DNA from: Eledone cirrhosa
Lineage: Eukaryota
Assembly: GCA_964016885.1 (NCBI GenBank)
Contig: OZ024757.1
Location: 21,514,001 to 21,578,000, forward strand
Direction of reading: 5' to 3'
Length of the DNA: 64,000 bases
Shown: positions 29,385 through 42,656 of the stretch, piece by piece
Layout of the letters: every line of letters begins with the position of its first letter
Numbering within the stretch: the stretch's first letter is position 1
The notes under the pieces: model-generated
Told to the model about the DNA's origin: nothing
The model's database searches: none
The model's input: only the letters and a program-made list of their open reading frames with translations
Program-made: the position numbers and the translations under genes

Positions 29385-29771
29385 ACATAACAGTATCTGT
29401 TGCAATTGTTCAGAAAAACCTGCTTGCCAGTCTGTCTGTTTAATAATCAATATATCCATATATGGTGATATCACTCATATATTCTATCACTGCTATTACC
29501 TGAGATTGATGTACATCAAGGTAAATATAGGTTTCATATCCACCACAACAGTCAACATACTTCTAGAACCACCCATCAGCTCCCTCTGTCTGCGTCTCTC
29601 ACACAACATTCTGTCCTTTCTTTGATTCTGCCTTTATTTTACCGTAACCTTTTTTGACACCAGTTTTTATGGGCAGTTCAATATTTGCTGGCCCTTCTCT
29701 TTGTTGTTGTTGTTGTTTAGCCCCTGGGCTCCAGTACTGGGACACATCAGTAATCAAAATATTTCCAATGA

Positions 29772-30118
29772 TGGAGGCACATGGCTTAGTGGTTAGAGCA
29801 TTGGGCTTGCAATCGAAAGGTTGTGAGTTCAATTCTCAGACCGGGTGATGTGTTGTTTCCTTGAGCAAGACACTTTATTTCACATTGCTCCAGTTTACTC
29901 AGCTGTAGGAATGAGATGATAGGACTGGGGTCCATATCATTCCACTGTAAAGTGGACGTGTAGGCACCACGGAAAAAAAGCACCCAGCACTCACTGTAAA
30001 TGATGTTGGTGTTAGGAAGGGCATCCAGCAGTAGAAATTAACCCAAAATAAGTTCCTGTCCCACCCTTGCAAGCAGGGAAAAGCAGACGTAAAATGATGA
30101 TGATGATGATGATGATGC
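29772..30118 (+). mobile_element. Full-length SINE family B
   Basis: ggaggcacatggcttagtggttagagc... through ccttgcaagcagggaaaagcagacgtaaaa(tga)n. Confidence 0.93.
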
Positions 30119-31371
30119 TCCTGAGGTTTTGTCTTTCAATTCTCCCCTCCCCCCATACATAGTGTATCTACAACTAAAGGTAAAAATATAAAGACCCATA
30201 ACTCTTGATAGCATTGTAGGGGTGCTGTCTTGACACACAGCATGGTTTGGACATTTTATATCGAGTGGCGCCCATCCCCATCCAGGTCTTAACACCCTAA
30301 GTTCTGGACTCGTGTTTTATTTATTGCTCGACCTTGAAAGAATGAAAACAAAGTTGATCTCAGTGTGACTCAGAGCTCAGAGATCCTGAATAAATACAAA
30401 TATATATTGAGCTTCAACTTGACTCTCTAAGATGTTTTTCTTTCATTTTTTTAACATTTAATTAAACATTTTTTTGCCTTTCCACTGGTGGCATATTGCT
30501 GACAGGACACATTTTATTTCCCCATCTCATTTGTCTGTCTGTCATCTGTCCTGTTCTGTCTTGTCATTGCACACATATCATACCAGCAACAATCTGAAAT
30601 GTTTATTTTCTGTTGTATGAGCTGGCATTAAAAAAAGTGTAGTCCTCTCAATTGATTTGTGCAAAACCACCAACCAGTTTGAGAGCTGATGAAGTCAGAT
30701 GCATGTGTGAATTTGTATCGTTTATAACTGAAATTTGTCTTCCTTTCTTCTTACCACTTTTACATGCCAACAAACCTCTCCCCCTCTCTCAATCTTTCCT
30801 ATATTTCTTCCTGTCACTCACCTCACAACTTTACTTTTCTCATTACCATCTACTCGCTACTGATTTCTGTCATTTGAGGTATTTTTAACCAACTTACACG
30901 CTGCCATTGTCGACATTTGGCTGTTTTAACGGCTATTCTTGCATTAAGTTTTCAAATTACTTCCATGAATTTCAAAACCACTCAAGCTTCATCTCAACTT
31001 TCAAGACAGCAATGTTTATTTTTCTATTTTTAATCCTTTTTATTGAAGGAGGTAAAGTGATGGAGGATCTGGCTGATATTTCTAGCATGTCTCTCAACCC
31101 TCTGTCACTGTGTTATGTCATCAGAAGACAACTGTTTTTGGAAGTTCTTATAGATAATGGACATGAGGACATGGAACCTGATCCAGTTTGTTTGGTACTT
31201 AATGTCGGCTGAAACACCTGTCACTACCATATACGCACATAACTTACATACAACATTCACTCTCTTTTATACTGTATGTATGTAAATATATATAACAAAG
31301 GAATTGTGGTAAGGAACCAGATGGACCATAACGCACCAGAGTACTCAATACTTAGGGTAGTTGAGTGGGAA

Positions 31372-31479
31372 ATAGGAAAAAGTATGACCCCGACAGCAGA
31401 GCTCAAGCCGTTTCGACGGCTATTTCTGGAGTCCAGAAATGGACTTGAGCTCTGCCGTCGGGGTCATACTTTTTCCTAT
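31372..31479. repeat. T/Y-shaped fold-back: 36-bp inverted arms enclosing two small hairpins
   Basis: Arms ATAGGAAAAAGTATGACCCCGACAGCAGAGCTCAAG and its complement (1 mismatch); inner hairpins CCGT(TTCG)ACGG and ATTTCTGGA(G)TCCAGAAAT. Confidence 0.9.
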
Positions 31480-31624
31480 ATATATTATATATATCATCAT
31501 CATATTTGTTTAACGTCCATTTTCCATGGTAACATGGGTTAGACGGGAGTTGTCCCACTTGAGGCAAGGCTGGTCAGGTGACCGTGTCTCGCTCATATAG
31601 GACTATCTGGCAGGTTTTCTACGA

Positions 31625-31662
31625 CATATATATGTATATGTATGTGTGTGTGTGTGTGTGGA

Positions 31663-31710
<48 letters not shown>

Positions 31711-31733
31711 CATGCGTATGCATATATATATAA

Positions 31734-31768
<35 letters not shown>

Positions 31769-33515
31769 CATGTGTATGCATATATATGTGTGTGTGTATA
31801 TATATATATGTGTGTGTGTGGGTATGTATATATGTATGTGTACATGTGTGTATATACATATATATCTATATGTATGTGTGTGTGTGGATATGTATATATA
31901 TATAATGTCTATGTATATATCTATATATATATGTGTGTGTGTGTATGTGTGTAATAAAACAAAATGCAAAAAAGTAAAAATTTAGGGAATGGTGATAAAG
32001 TGAGATAAAGGGAGACATGTGGATGGAGAGAGATGGGGAGGGAGGGGGAGATGGGGATAGAGAGGGAGAGAGATGGGGAGAGGGGGAGATGGGGATAGAG
32101 AGAGGGGGTGGAGGGTGATAGAGAGGGAGAGAGGGGGAGAGAGGGAGAGAAAAAGAAACTGACAGACAGGTAGATGAAGAAGGATAACCAAAGAGACTGT
32201 GACAGATAAAGAGAGAGAATGATAGAAAGAGAGAGAGGGGAGATAGGGAGAGAGAGAGAGGGGAGATAGAGAGAGAGAGAGAGGGGAGATAGAGAGAGAG
32301 AGAGAGAGGGGAGATAGAGAGGGAGAGAGGGTGAGAGAGGGGGATAGAGAGGGAGAGAGGGGATAGAGAGGGAGAGAGAGAGAATGTGTATACACATATG
32401 CATACATACACACATATACACGTACATACACAAACCCATACATACATACAAATAAACACACACATACATACACATACACACACATACAAACACACACACA
32501 TACATGCATACATACAAACATACACATACAAGAAATAAACCCATACATACAAACAAACACACTCATACGTACATATAAACACATGCATACAAGAAATAAG
32601 CCCATACATAGACACATACATACCAACAAACACACATTCATATACATACAAACACACAAACACATGCATGCATATATACAAACACATACATACAACAAAT
32701 AAATCCATATATACATACATACAAATAAACACACGCATACGCACACACACATACATACACACAAATAAGCCCATACATACAGACATACATACCAACAAAC
32801 ACACACATACACACACACATACAAACACACAAACACATGCATGCATGCATACAAACATACACATACACCAAATAAACCCATACATACATACAAACAAACA
32901 AACACACGCATACGTACATATAAACACATGCATACACACACACACATACACCAAATAAACCCATACATACATACAAACAAACAAACACACGCATACATAC
33001 ATATAAACACGCATACACACACACACATGCACATGCACACACATACATACACACAAATAATCCCATACATAGAGACATGCATACCAACACACACATACAC
33101 ACACATACAAACACACAAACACATGCATGCATGCATACAAACATACACATACAACAAATAAAACCATACATACATACAAACAAACAAACACACGCATACG
33201 TACATATAAACACATGCATACACACACGTACATATAAACACATGCATACACACACACACACACATACACCAAATAAACCCATACATACATACAAACAAAC
33301 ACACGCATACATACATACAAACAAACAAACACGCATACGTACATATAAACACATGCATACACACACATACACCAAATAAACCCATACATACATACATACA
33401 AACAAACACACACATACATACATATAAACACATGTATACACACTCACATACATACACATACACACAAATAAGCTCATACATAGACACACACATACTAACA
33501 CACACACACACACAG
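31625..33515. repeat. (TG)/(TA), G-rich (GGGAGA)n and CA/CATA/CAAA compound field with higher-order repeats
   Basis: Direct reading. Confidence 0.92.
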
Positions 33516-33660
33516 AGCAGTCTTATATCTCCTGGCAATATTTGTCTTTATCATGACATTTATAGGTTCATACAAGTTTAAGAAAGAAAAACTTCTTTAT
33601 TCAGAATATATTTAATAACACACACAACAGAGATGAAAGCAGGAACGAATGCTATCTTAA

Positions 33661-35020
33661 CCCTTTAATATTCAAACCGGCCAAAACCGGCCAGAATTCT
33701 CTACATCTATCTGTTGAAACTGGCTGTAACTGGTCGCTCATACTGATGTTAAGGTATTGTTCTCAAAATAAATACATTCAAAATCTCATAGATTCGATAT
33801 TATGTGAGATAATTATGCGAGGTAAAGCCTTTACCATGAAAATATAATAGTATATATAGAGTAATTTGAATGTTATGTGAGATATTATGTGAGGTAAAGC
33901 CTTTACTGTGAAACTACAATAGTATATATAGAGTAATGTGAATGTTATGTGAGATATTATGTAAGTAAAGCCTTTACCATGAAAATATAATAGTATATAT
34001 AGAGTAATGTGAATGTTATGTGAGATATTATGTAAGTAAAGCCTTTACCATTAAAATACAATAGTATATATAGAGCAATGTAAATGTTATGTGAGATATT
34101 ATGTAAGTAAAGCCTTTACCATGAAAATATAATAGTATATATAGAGTAATGTAAATGTTATGTGAGATATTATGTGAGGTAAAGCCTTTACCATGAAAAT
34201 ATAATAGTATATATAGAGTAATTTGAATGTTATGTGAGATATTATGTGAGGTAAAGCCTTTACCATGAAAATATAATAGTATATATAGAGTAATGTATAT
34301 GTTATGTGAGATATTATGTGGGGTAAAGCCTTTACCATGAAAATATAATAGTATATATAGAGTAATGTATATGTTATGTGAGATATTATGTGGGGTAAAG
34401 CCTTTACCTTGAAAATATAATAGTATATATCGAGTAATGTGAATGTTATGTGAGATATTATGTGAGGTAAAGCCTTTACCATGAAAATATAATAGTATAT
34501 ATAGAGTAATGTGAATATTATGTGAGATATTATGTGAGGTAAAGCCTTTACCATGAAAATATAATAGTATATATAGAGTAATGTGAATGTTATGTGAGAT
34601 ATTATGTGAGGTAAAGCCTTTACCATGAAAATATAATAGTATATATAGAGTAATGTAAATGTTATGTGAGATATTATGTGAGGAAAAGCCTTTACCATGA
34701 AAATACAATAGTATATATAGAGTAATGTATATGTTATGTGAGATATTATGTGAGGTAAAGCCTTTACCATGAAAATATAATAGTATATATATAGAGTAAT
34801 GTAAATGTTATGTGAGATATTATGTGGGGTAAAGCCTTTACCATGAAAATACAATAGTATATATAGAGTAATGTGAATGTTATGTGAGATAATTATGTGA
34901 GGTAAAGCCTTCACCATGAAAATATAATAGTAAATATAGAATAATGTGAATGTTATGTGAGGTAAAGTCTTTACCACGAAAATATAATAGTATATATAGA
35001 GTAATGTGAATGCTAAAGGG
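33661..35020 (+). mobile_element. piggyBac-like non-autonomous element (copy 2) with ~16-17 x 72-bp internal array
   Basis: TTAA|CCCTTTA...TGCTAAAGGG|TTAA; ~135-bp unique left part shared with copies 1 and 3. Confidence 0.85.
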
Positions 35021-35959
35021 TTAAACTAGTTTCTTTGCACTTCCTACACTCACTAATACTTCCCCAGATGAACTACTTACAAATACAAAAACTGTTCAAT
35101 ATCATTTTCATTATTTTCATCATCATCATCATCATCATCATCATTTAACATCCATTTTCCATGCTAGCATGGGTTAGACGAGTTGTCCCATTGTGTGACC
35201 AGTCAAATTAACCATGGCTAAAATGACCCTTCTACAATATAATTGCTTTAGTTTCAACACAATCTCAGATCAACTCACCTGCCAGTTATATACAACTCCA
35301 AAATTAAAGAGACTTTGAGGTTTATCTGTTTATTTCTCTCTGTTTATCAGTTTATTTCTCTCTGTTTATCAGTTTATTTCTCTCAACCAAAATAAAGCAG
35401 TCATGTATTGTTATATAGTACATTGTAATAAAGTGATGTACCAAAGATATATTTGGCAAAACTTGTGCTCAAAATATAATGCAATGAATCACTGACTATT
35501 ATTATTTGGCCTGGTACATGTTATAGAGTGCGAGCTTCTTTGAGAAAGTTTTTAAGCTGTGAGTGATAAGAGCAAATCTCAGTCAGTATTAAAAATAAAA
35601 AGAAAAAGGAAATAAATTTTAAAAGAATACAATGAAAAAAAAGGTAAATAAAGTTAAAATAAAGTTAGTGAAATAAAGCAGTCAGATTAGTTTTACCAAA
35701 GATTTAGAATCATGATAGACAATTTGTCTGTGGATTTCTGGAGATCAAAAGATATGGTTGCTCTCTCTGTGTGTTTCTATCTCAAACTGCTCACATGTGT
35801 AGGTGTATGATAGTAAATAATAAAATAAAACCTTGCTTATATATCTTGTTTTGTCCTGGAAAATCTAGCCTTATTTTTCATCATCATCTTCGTTTAACGT
35901 CCATCTTCTATATATACATACACACGTGTGTGTGTGTGTGTGTGTTACCGAGTTGTGTT

Positions 35960-36110
35960 GGTAACCACAGTTAAAAAAGTTACTTAATACATAGGTAGAG
36001 TATAGGCATCTTTATTATATACAGAAATGACTTCTACAGAACTAGAACTGTTTCATTCTTGATGATTTCATTAGAATGAAACAGTTCTAGTTCTGTAGAA
36101 GCCATTTCTA
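35960..36110. mobile_element. Short fold-back element with hammerhead-like arm (family also at 48775-48890 and 60980-61166)
   Basis: ggtaaccacag...tact(c/t)aat leader followed by the inverted repeat agaaatgacttctacagaactagaactgtttcattct / agaatgaaacagttctagttctgtagaagccatttct. Confidence 0.75.
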
Positions 36111-36119
36111 TATATAATA

Positions 36120-36416
36120 TCTATATATATATAAAACTGAGGATGTCTGTCTGTGTGTGTGTGAGTTTGAATCCCTAAAACTAGAGAAACACCCAACCGA
36201 NNNNNNNNNNNNNNNNNNNNNNNNNNNNNNNNNNNNNNNNNNNNNNNNNNNNNNNNNNNNNNNNNNNNNNNNNNNNNNNNNNNNNNNNNNNNNNNNNNNN
36301 NNNNNNNNNNNNNNNNNNNNNNNNNNNNNNNNNNNNNNNNNNNNNNNNNNNNNNNNNNNNNNNNNNNNNNNNNNNNNNNNNNNNNNNNNNNNNNNNNNNN
36401 CGGGTACCACTGCTAG
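36120..36416 (+). mobile_element. Non-autonomous Helitron-like element spanning the assembly gap
   Basis: A|TCTATATATATAAAACTG...tgtctgtctg at the 5' end and cgggtaccactgCTAG|T at the 3' end fit Helitron termini and the AT target. The interior is N. Confidence 0.6.
36201..36400. other. Assembly gap (200 N)
   Basis: Direct reading. Confidence 1.
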
Positions 36417-38089
36417 TATAACACATATATATGCAATTAAGAATTTATTGGCAAAGTCAAAATAATGCAACTGGTGTGAAAAGGATGGGGGTCTGTCACA
36501 CCCAGGTATTTGGTAACTTTCCTGTCCTCTACACTATAAGTGGCAGCACCTGGGTTTGGGGCTGAAGAGACAAGCTGGAGGTGGAGAATGAGTAGCAGGA
36601 TGTGGCATCACAGATTAGGGAGTTACTTCTCTCAAATGGGAAGGGAGTTATCCGATCAGGGCACTTACCATTGCCACAATTGTGATGGGAATCTAGCCAC
36701 ATCAACTCTCTCTTGGATTATGTCATTCAGAGATAAAGTCTATTGGTTTCTTCTGTCATTCTTACTTTACTCTAGTTTCACTATTTCTTTATCAAATTCT
36801 AACGACTTTCTCAATGCCATCTTAATTACACATCTATTTTATTCCTGGTTCCAAGAGAAATTCCTTAAATCCTGAGAGTGCTGATGTACCCACTGTCTAA
36901 AATATAAATAATTCAGAGTTCCCGCAAGTACTGTGTCCTTTACAAAAGTATTTATATTAATCTAAAAGCCTTCCATCATAATTTTTCATAAGAAGCTTTA
37001 AGTTCCCAATAGCAACTTAACCCCTTTGATACCAAGTAACTGGAAGCCACAATGATACAAAACTGTTGGAGATTTTGTTGTCAAGGTCTTGCTGGAACTC
37101 CTCTCCATTGCATCTGCTTCCAAACTTTAGATTTAAATGCTTTCTTGTGTTTGGAAAAATAATGTTGGTAGTCATGGTAACGGTGAGAGATTAACAGCAT
37201 CACGACCACCGTTAACACTACAACCAAGACTCACTCAGAGTTACTTCCCTTAGCATGCTACTGAAATGAACAACATGATAGTTTGAGACATGCCCCTAAT
37301 ACTATCTATAACAAACATCAGTAATTGACTAATCCCCATAAAACTATTTTTAACTTGTTAATTAACACTAATTAATACAAAGTAATCATACTTGTTCTTG
37401 CAATTGTGCGAGACACATACACACTGCCTCTTTGGCCTAATTAGTAATGTGATTATAGTAAATACTATAGATAAAAGGTTTAAGTCTCACTGGAAAACCA
37501 GTTCTCTTTCCGTGGTAGATTAATACATGTTAATGTATAAATTGTCTGTTGCAGTCTGGTAACATAAGCCGAGTTTGGGAAGGTGGGAGGTTCGAATTTG
37601 ATTGTCCAAATTTGGAGAGTGAGTACAGTTTGGTTTGGCAAGAGTCATGAGGTACTTTAGGGTGTTTGCTGAGGGTTAGTAGACTGGTTGGATCAGCGCT
37701 ACTGGCAGCATGTAACCCAGTACAATCTGTCCATGGTCGGGTTGTTGATGACTAAACCAGGAACCCCACCAAGCTTGCTTGGAGGATAATTTTGGATACT
37801 CTGCAGGATCAAAAACAAAACCCGTCAAAGAGCGAAGGTATTCATCAGAGCCAATGGCCATTCAAAAGTTTACCAGAAGGAAATTCTGGTAGAAAACTTG
37901 AAGATGAATCAGCTGCTGATTGCCCCAACCTATGTCAGGCCATTGGCTTCTCTTGCTGGTTTCATCTGAAGAGTGGACATTGTTTTGTGCAAGCCACATC
38001 CACTATATTCAAATTCATGCAAAGGAACTGCTTAGACCCCGAACAGATGTATAAAGAATGTGTGTTAAGAAAACAAGGAGCAACATTTA

Positions 38090-38200
38090 AAAATCCCGTC
38101 AAGGTTAACTTTGACTTTCGTCCTTACGGGGTCGATAAAATAAAGTACCAGTAATGTACTGGGTATTTGCTGGCCTTGTGCCAAAAGTAGAAACAATTAT
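38090..38200 (+). mobile_element. SINE A 3' half
   Basis: Consensus match. Confidence 0.85.
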
Positions 38201-38509
38201 TATTTGTCAAAGTTATGACATATATATACATGCTAGCTTGTTCTGTGTGGAGTACCCTGTGTTTAGAATATTAAATACACATTACAAAGACCATGATTCC
38301 CAGTGAAACTTAACACCACCAACATCCCCCAGCATCATATTATCATCATAGAAACGTCTTATCAGTGTAAGCTGTGAGATGACAGAAACTGACTGAACAA
38401 CCAACAGTCTGTGTCCTTCTCCTCTGTTGTCTAGTCACACCCTCCTTCTGACACACCGATGATTGTGATGACATCACATGAAAGCTTGAGAAATATTATT
38501 TCAGCATTG

Positions 38510-38762
38510 ATCATCATCATCATCATCATCGTTTAACATCTATCTTTCACGCTAGCATGGGTTTAGACGGGAATTGTCCCACGTGAGGCAAGATTGGTCG
38601 TGTCGCTCGTATGGGACTGTCTGGCAGGTTTTCTACGGCTGGATGCCCTTCCTAACACCAACCACGTTTACAGTGTGGAACTGGGAGGTTTTTACCGTGT
38701 TACCTACACGGCCACATTACAGCGTGGACTGTGTGTTTTTTTGTTGTGACACCTACAAGACC
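38510..38762 (-). mobile_element. RTE LINE long 3' UTR fragment
   Basis: Reverse complement of 23960-24215. Confidence 0.85.
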
Positions 38763-39399
38763 TCATTTATTTATACACACACACATATATATATACACAC
38801 ACACATATATATATAAACATATACACATACAGACATATACACACACGTACAAACACACATATACACACAAACATATACAGCCAGCTTGGTAATGCCGTTT
38901 ATTAATGAAACAAAAGAAATTTAAGAGACTAAATTTGTTTGCAGTGATTTGTAATAAATTTAAATAAGACTTATTGTTTATATAATCCTGTGAGAAGTTC
39001 TCCTATTCATAATAAAGCTAGCCAGAAAGCCTAAATTGTACTGTATTGTACTGTTAAACCACAGCTGTACACCCTGGCACGTGGAGGGACCTCTTACGCT
39101 CCCCAACAACACTCCAGCCCACAGCCCTCTCTTCCTCTGCAGCCAGCTCATCTGTTTGGGTTTTTTTTTTTGTTCTTTATTTCTCTGTTTATTTAGATTG
39201 TTCATTGCTTTATTCAAGTTTCCCCTTAACCCAGATGTTTCCTCATCTCATGTGTTGTTATTTAGCCCCAGGTAAGCCCAATTATCAACTAGTCTTGTGA
39301 TAAAAGGCATTCTGTCTTTTTCTGGTTTTTTTTTAGTTTTTTTTGTTTTTTTTTGTTTACTCAGGCATACTATATTTTAACTCTTAGCATCCTGTGCTG

Positions 39400-40935
39400 T
39401 GTAAAACCACATTAGCAAGACATTCTTCAAATGTACACATTATTAATTTACGCCTTTATTTTACTGCCAAGTCTCACAACAAGCGCTCCACAAGTAATGA
39501 TACTATAAACGTTTGAATTAACAAACCTCATAAAACCACATTAACAAGACATTCTTGTGAAGTACAAAATAGTACTATGACTGCATCACATTCACAATTC
39601 AAGCCTTTACTCAAATACAGCAAATTTTCACACATATCTCAAATGGCTGAGACTCGCAGAGGAGATGACGAAGGAACATGTTGGGTGGAGACATTCTGTG
39701 TTGAAAAGGACCCATCAAACCCATGCAAGAGTGGAAAAACGGATGCAAAAACCATGATGATGATCTTTAAACTAATAAAGATAATATAAACATTTGAATT
39801 AACAAACTATATGAAAATACATTAGAGAAATTTTCTTGAAAAATACAAAACAGCTTTTTGACTGAATTACATTAAAATTTTAAGTCTTTACTCTAATACT
39901 GCAAATGGTCACAATGATCATTCTATTAGTAAAGATACTATAAACATTTGAATTGAAAAAACACATGAATTACCAAACCACACTTTTTCACCACTGGGTG
40001 AAGAAGTGCCAGGAAATCCCTGTGATAGGAAGCTGCAATAGAGGTAAACCAAGGAAGACATGGGCAGATGTGGTGAGAGCTGATCTCAAATCAGTGAGAC
40101 TCACAGAGGAGATGATTTAGGAACGTGACTGGAGAGATGATGTGCTGAGAAAGACCTGCACAACCCATGTGAGCGCAGAAAAATGGATGTAAAAATAATT
40201 GTTTCTACTATTGGCACAAGGCCAGCAATTACACAGTACATTACTGGTACTTTATTTTATCGACCCTGTAAGGATGAAAGGCAAAGTTAACCTCGGCGGG
40301 ATTTGAACTCAGAATGGCAAGGGCCGTAAGTCTATGCATCAAAGCATGGTGTCCAACTCTCTACCAATACAGTCAAAAAATAATTGTTTCTACTTTTGGC
40401 ACAAGGCCAGCAATTACCCAGTACATTACTGGTACTTTATTTTATCGAACCTGTAAGGATGAAAGGCAAAGTTAACCTCAGCGGGATTTGAACTCAGATC
40501 ATAAAGGGACGTAACTCTATGCGTCAAAGCATGGTGTCCGACCCTCTACCGATACTGCCAAAAAATAATTGTTTCTATTTTTGGCACAAGGCCAGCAATT
40601 ACCCAGTACATTACTGGTACTTTATTTTATCGAACCCGTAAGGATGAAAGGCAAAGTTAACCTCGGTGGGATTTGAACTCAGAATGGCAAGGGCCGTAAC
40701 TCTATGCGTCAAAGCATATATATAATAATAATAATAGTTACTCTTATATATAAGTGTCCGACTCTCTACCGATACTGCCAAAAAACAATGATGATGAAGA
40801 AGAAACCACAGTAGCAAGACATTCTTGAAAAGTACAAAACAACACAATGACTGTATCATATTAAATATTTCTCTGATACTGAAAATTTTCACAACAACCC
40901 GTCCACTGGTAAAGAAACTATAAATATTTGAATAA
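39400..40935. repeat. Old ~150-bp tandem repeat interrupted by RTE 3' ends (39645-39765, 39994-40196) and a SINE A trimer (40198-40780)
   Basis: Recurrent aaaaccacatta(g/a)caagacattctt...gatactataaac(a/g)tttgaatt; RTE peptide WVKKCQEIPVIGSCNRGKPRKTWADVV. Confidence 0.75.
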
Positions 40936-41059
40936 ATACTTATTTAGATATTTTCTGCTAAATCACAAGATATTAATAGCCACTTTATATGATGTTCTTG
41001 AATCTTTTATGATAGGAAGTTGTGAATTGAGTGAGATTCCTTTCACACACACACACTCA

Positions 41060-41291
41060 CACACCAACCTCATTTACAGTGAGTGCTGGGTGTTTTTTTG
41101 CCGTGGCACCTCCACGTTCACTTTGCAGTGGAATGATAGGGACTGGGGCCTCATTTCTACAGCTGAGTAAACTGGAGCAATGTGAAATAAAGTGTATTGC
41201 TCAAGGAAACAACAGATCACCCGGTATGAGAATTGAACTCACAACCTATCGATTGCAAGCCCAATGCTCTAACCACTAAGCCATGTGCCTC
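41060..41291 (-). mobile_element. SINE family B (tail truncated)
   Basis: Consensus match. Confidence 0.88.
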
Positions 41292-41674
41292 TCTCTCTAT
41301 ATATATATATATTATATATATATATATATGTGTAGATAAATCTACCAAATTATTTCTGAAGACAGCATATATATGTGTAGGTATGTATATTCCCTCTGAT
41401 AGTTTGTATAAATATTGTACATAGATCTATAGAATATGCATACCAACTCTAGAAACGATCGTAAAATGATGAATTTTTTTTCAATATAAGGAACTGTTTC
41501 TTTGTTTATTCATTGTTTTATTAATTTATATATATATATATATATTTTAAAATCCAATGTCAATAAATACACCAGGATTTTTTCATTCTGATGATTGAAA
41601 GTAAAATTTGTTTGCTTTCAAGAAACCACTGGTAAATGAAATAATTGCCTTATGTTGTTTACTACATAACTATC

Positions 41675-42014
41675 ATTTCATTTTCATTTCATTTTACGTC
41701 CACTTTTCCCTGCTTGCAAGGGTGGGACGGGAACTGATTCTGGCTTGATTTCTACAGCTGGATGCCCTTCCTAACACCAACCTCATTTACAGTGAGTGCT
41801 GGGTGCTTTTTTGCCGTGGCACCTCCACGACCACTTTGCAGTGGAATGATAGGGACCCCAGTCCCTATCATCTCATTTCTACAGCTGAGTAAACTGGAGC
41901 AATGTGAAATAAAGTGTCTTGCTCAAGGAAACAACACATCACCCAGTCCGAGAATTGAACTCACAACCTTTCGATTGCAAGGCCAATGCTCTAACCACTA
42001 AGCCATGTGCCTCC
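41675..42014 (-). mobile_element. Full-length SINE family B next to ~150 bp of pure (TA)n
   Basis: Consensus match; (TA)n at 42018-42168. Confidence 0.93.
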
Positions 42015-42172
<158 letters not shown>

Positions 42173-42230
42173 GGAAAAAATGAAACGATATTTCATTTCC
42201 CACTCTTAGTACGGCTGTTACGTGTACATA

Positions 42231-42276
<46 letters not shown>

Positions 42277-42656
42277 TAATATATATATATATATATATAC
42301 ACATACATATATATCTATATCTATCTATATATACACACAGTCATGCCTGTGTATATCATAATATAAATATATTTAACAATTCCCTTTAGATTTCCCTTCT
42401 GAAATACCCTTGCTAATATGTCCCTGAAATTATCTCCTACAGACCCTCTCAATAAACCTCCTTCTCTCTTCTTTTCCTGCACCCTTCTCTTTCTTTTCCA
42501 CCCCTTTTCCTACTTTCTCTTCATCTTCTTCCTTCTTCTTTGTCGTCTTTTTTCTTCCCCTTCATTGTCTTTTTTGTCATCTTCTCTCTCCCCTCCCCCT
42601 ACCGCCCCTAGTTTCTGTTTTGTCTCCCCTTCAGTTATTCTCCTCCCACAAGAGCT

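Noticed and set aside
29772-29845. tRNA genes at SINE heads
   Set aside because: The A/B-box heads run directly into SINE bodies and do not form complete cloverleafs.
34028-34977. 24-aa repeat ORFs (also 9592-9948 and 46685-47464)
   Set aside because: They come from the 72-bp array inside a MITE, and the frame is broken by indels.
36108-36470. ORFs containing X runs
   Set aside because: They are artefacts of the N gap.
36670-36740. Possible minus-strand internal exon (TLSLNDIIQERVDVARFPSQLWQ) ending TG|GTAAGT
   Set aside because: The acceptor lacks a pyrimidine tract and I recognise no homology.
39265-39280. Plus-strand donor CAG|GTAAGC
   Set aside because: It lies in a dispersed repeat fragment that appears related to 16320-16360, with no credible upstream exon.
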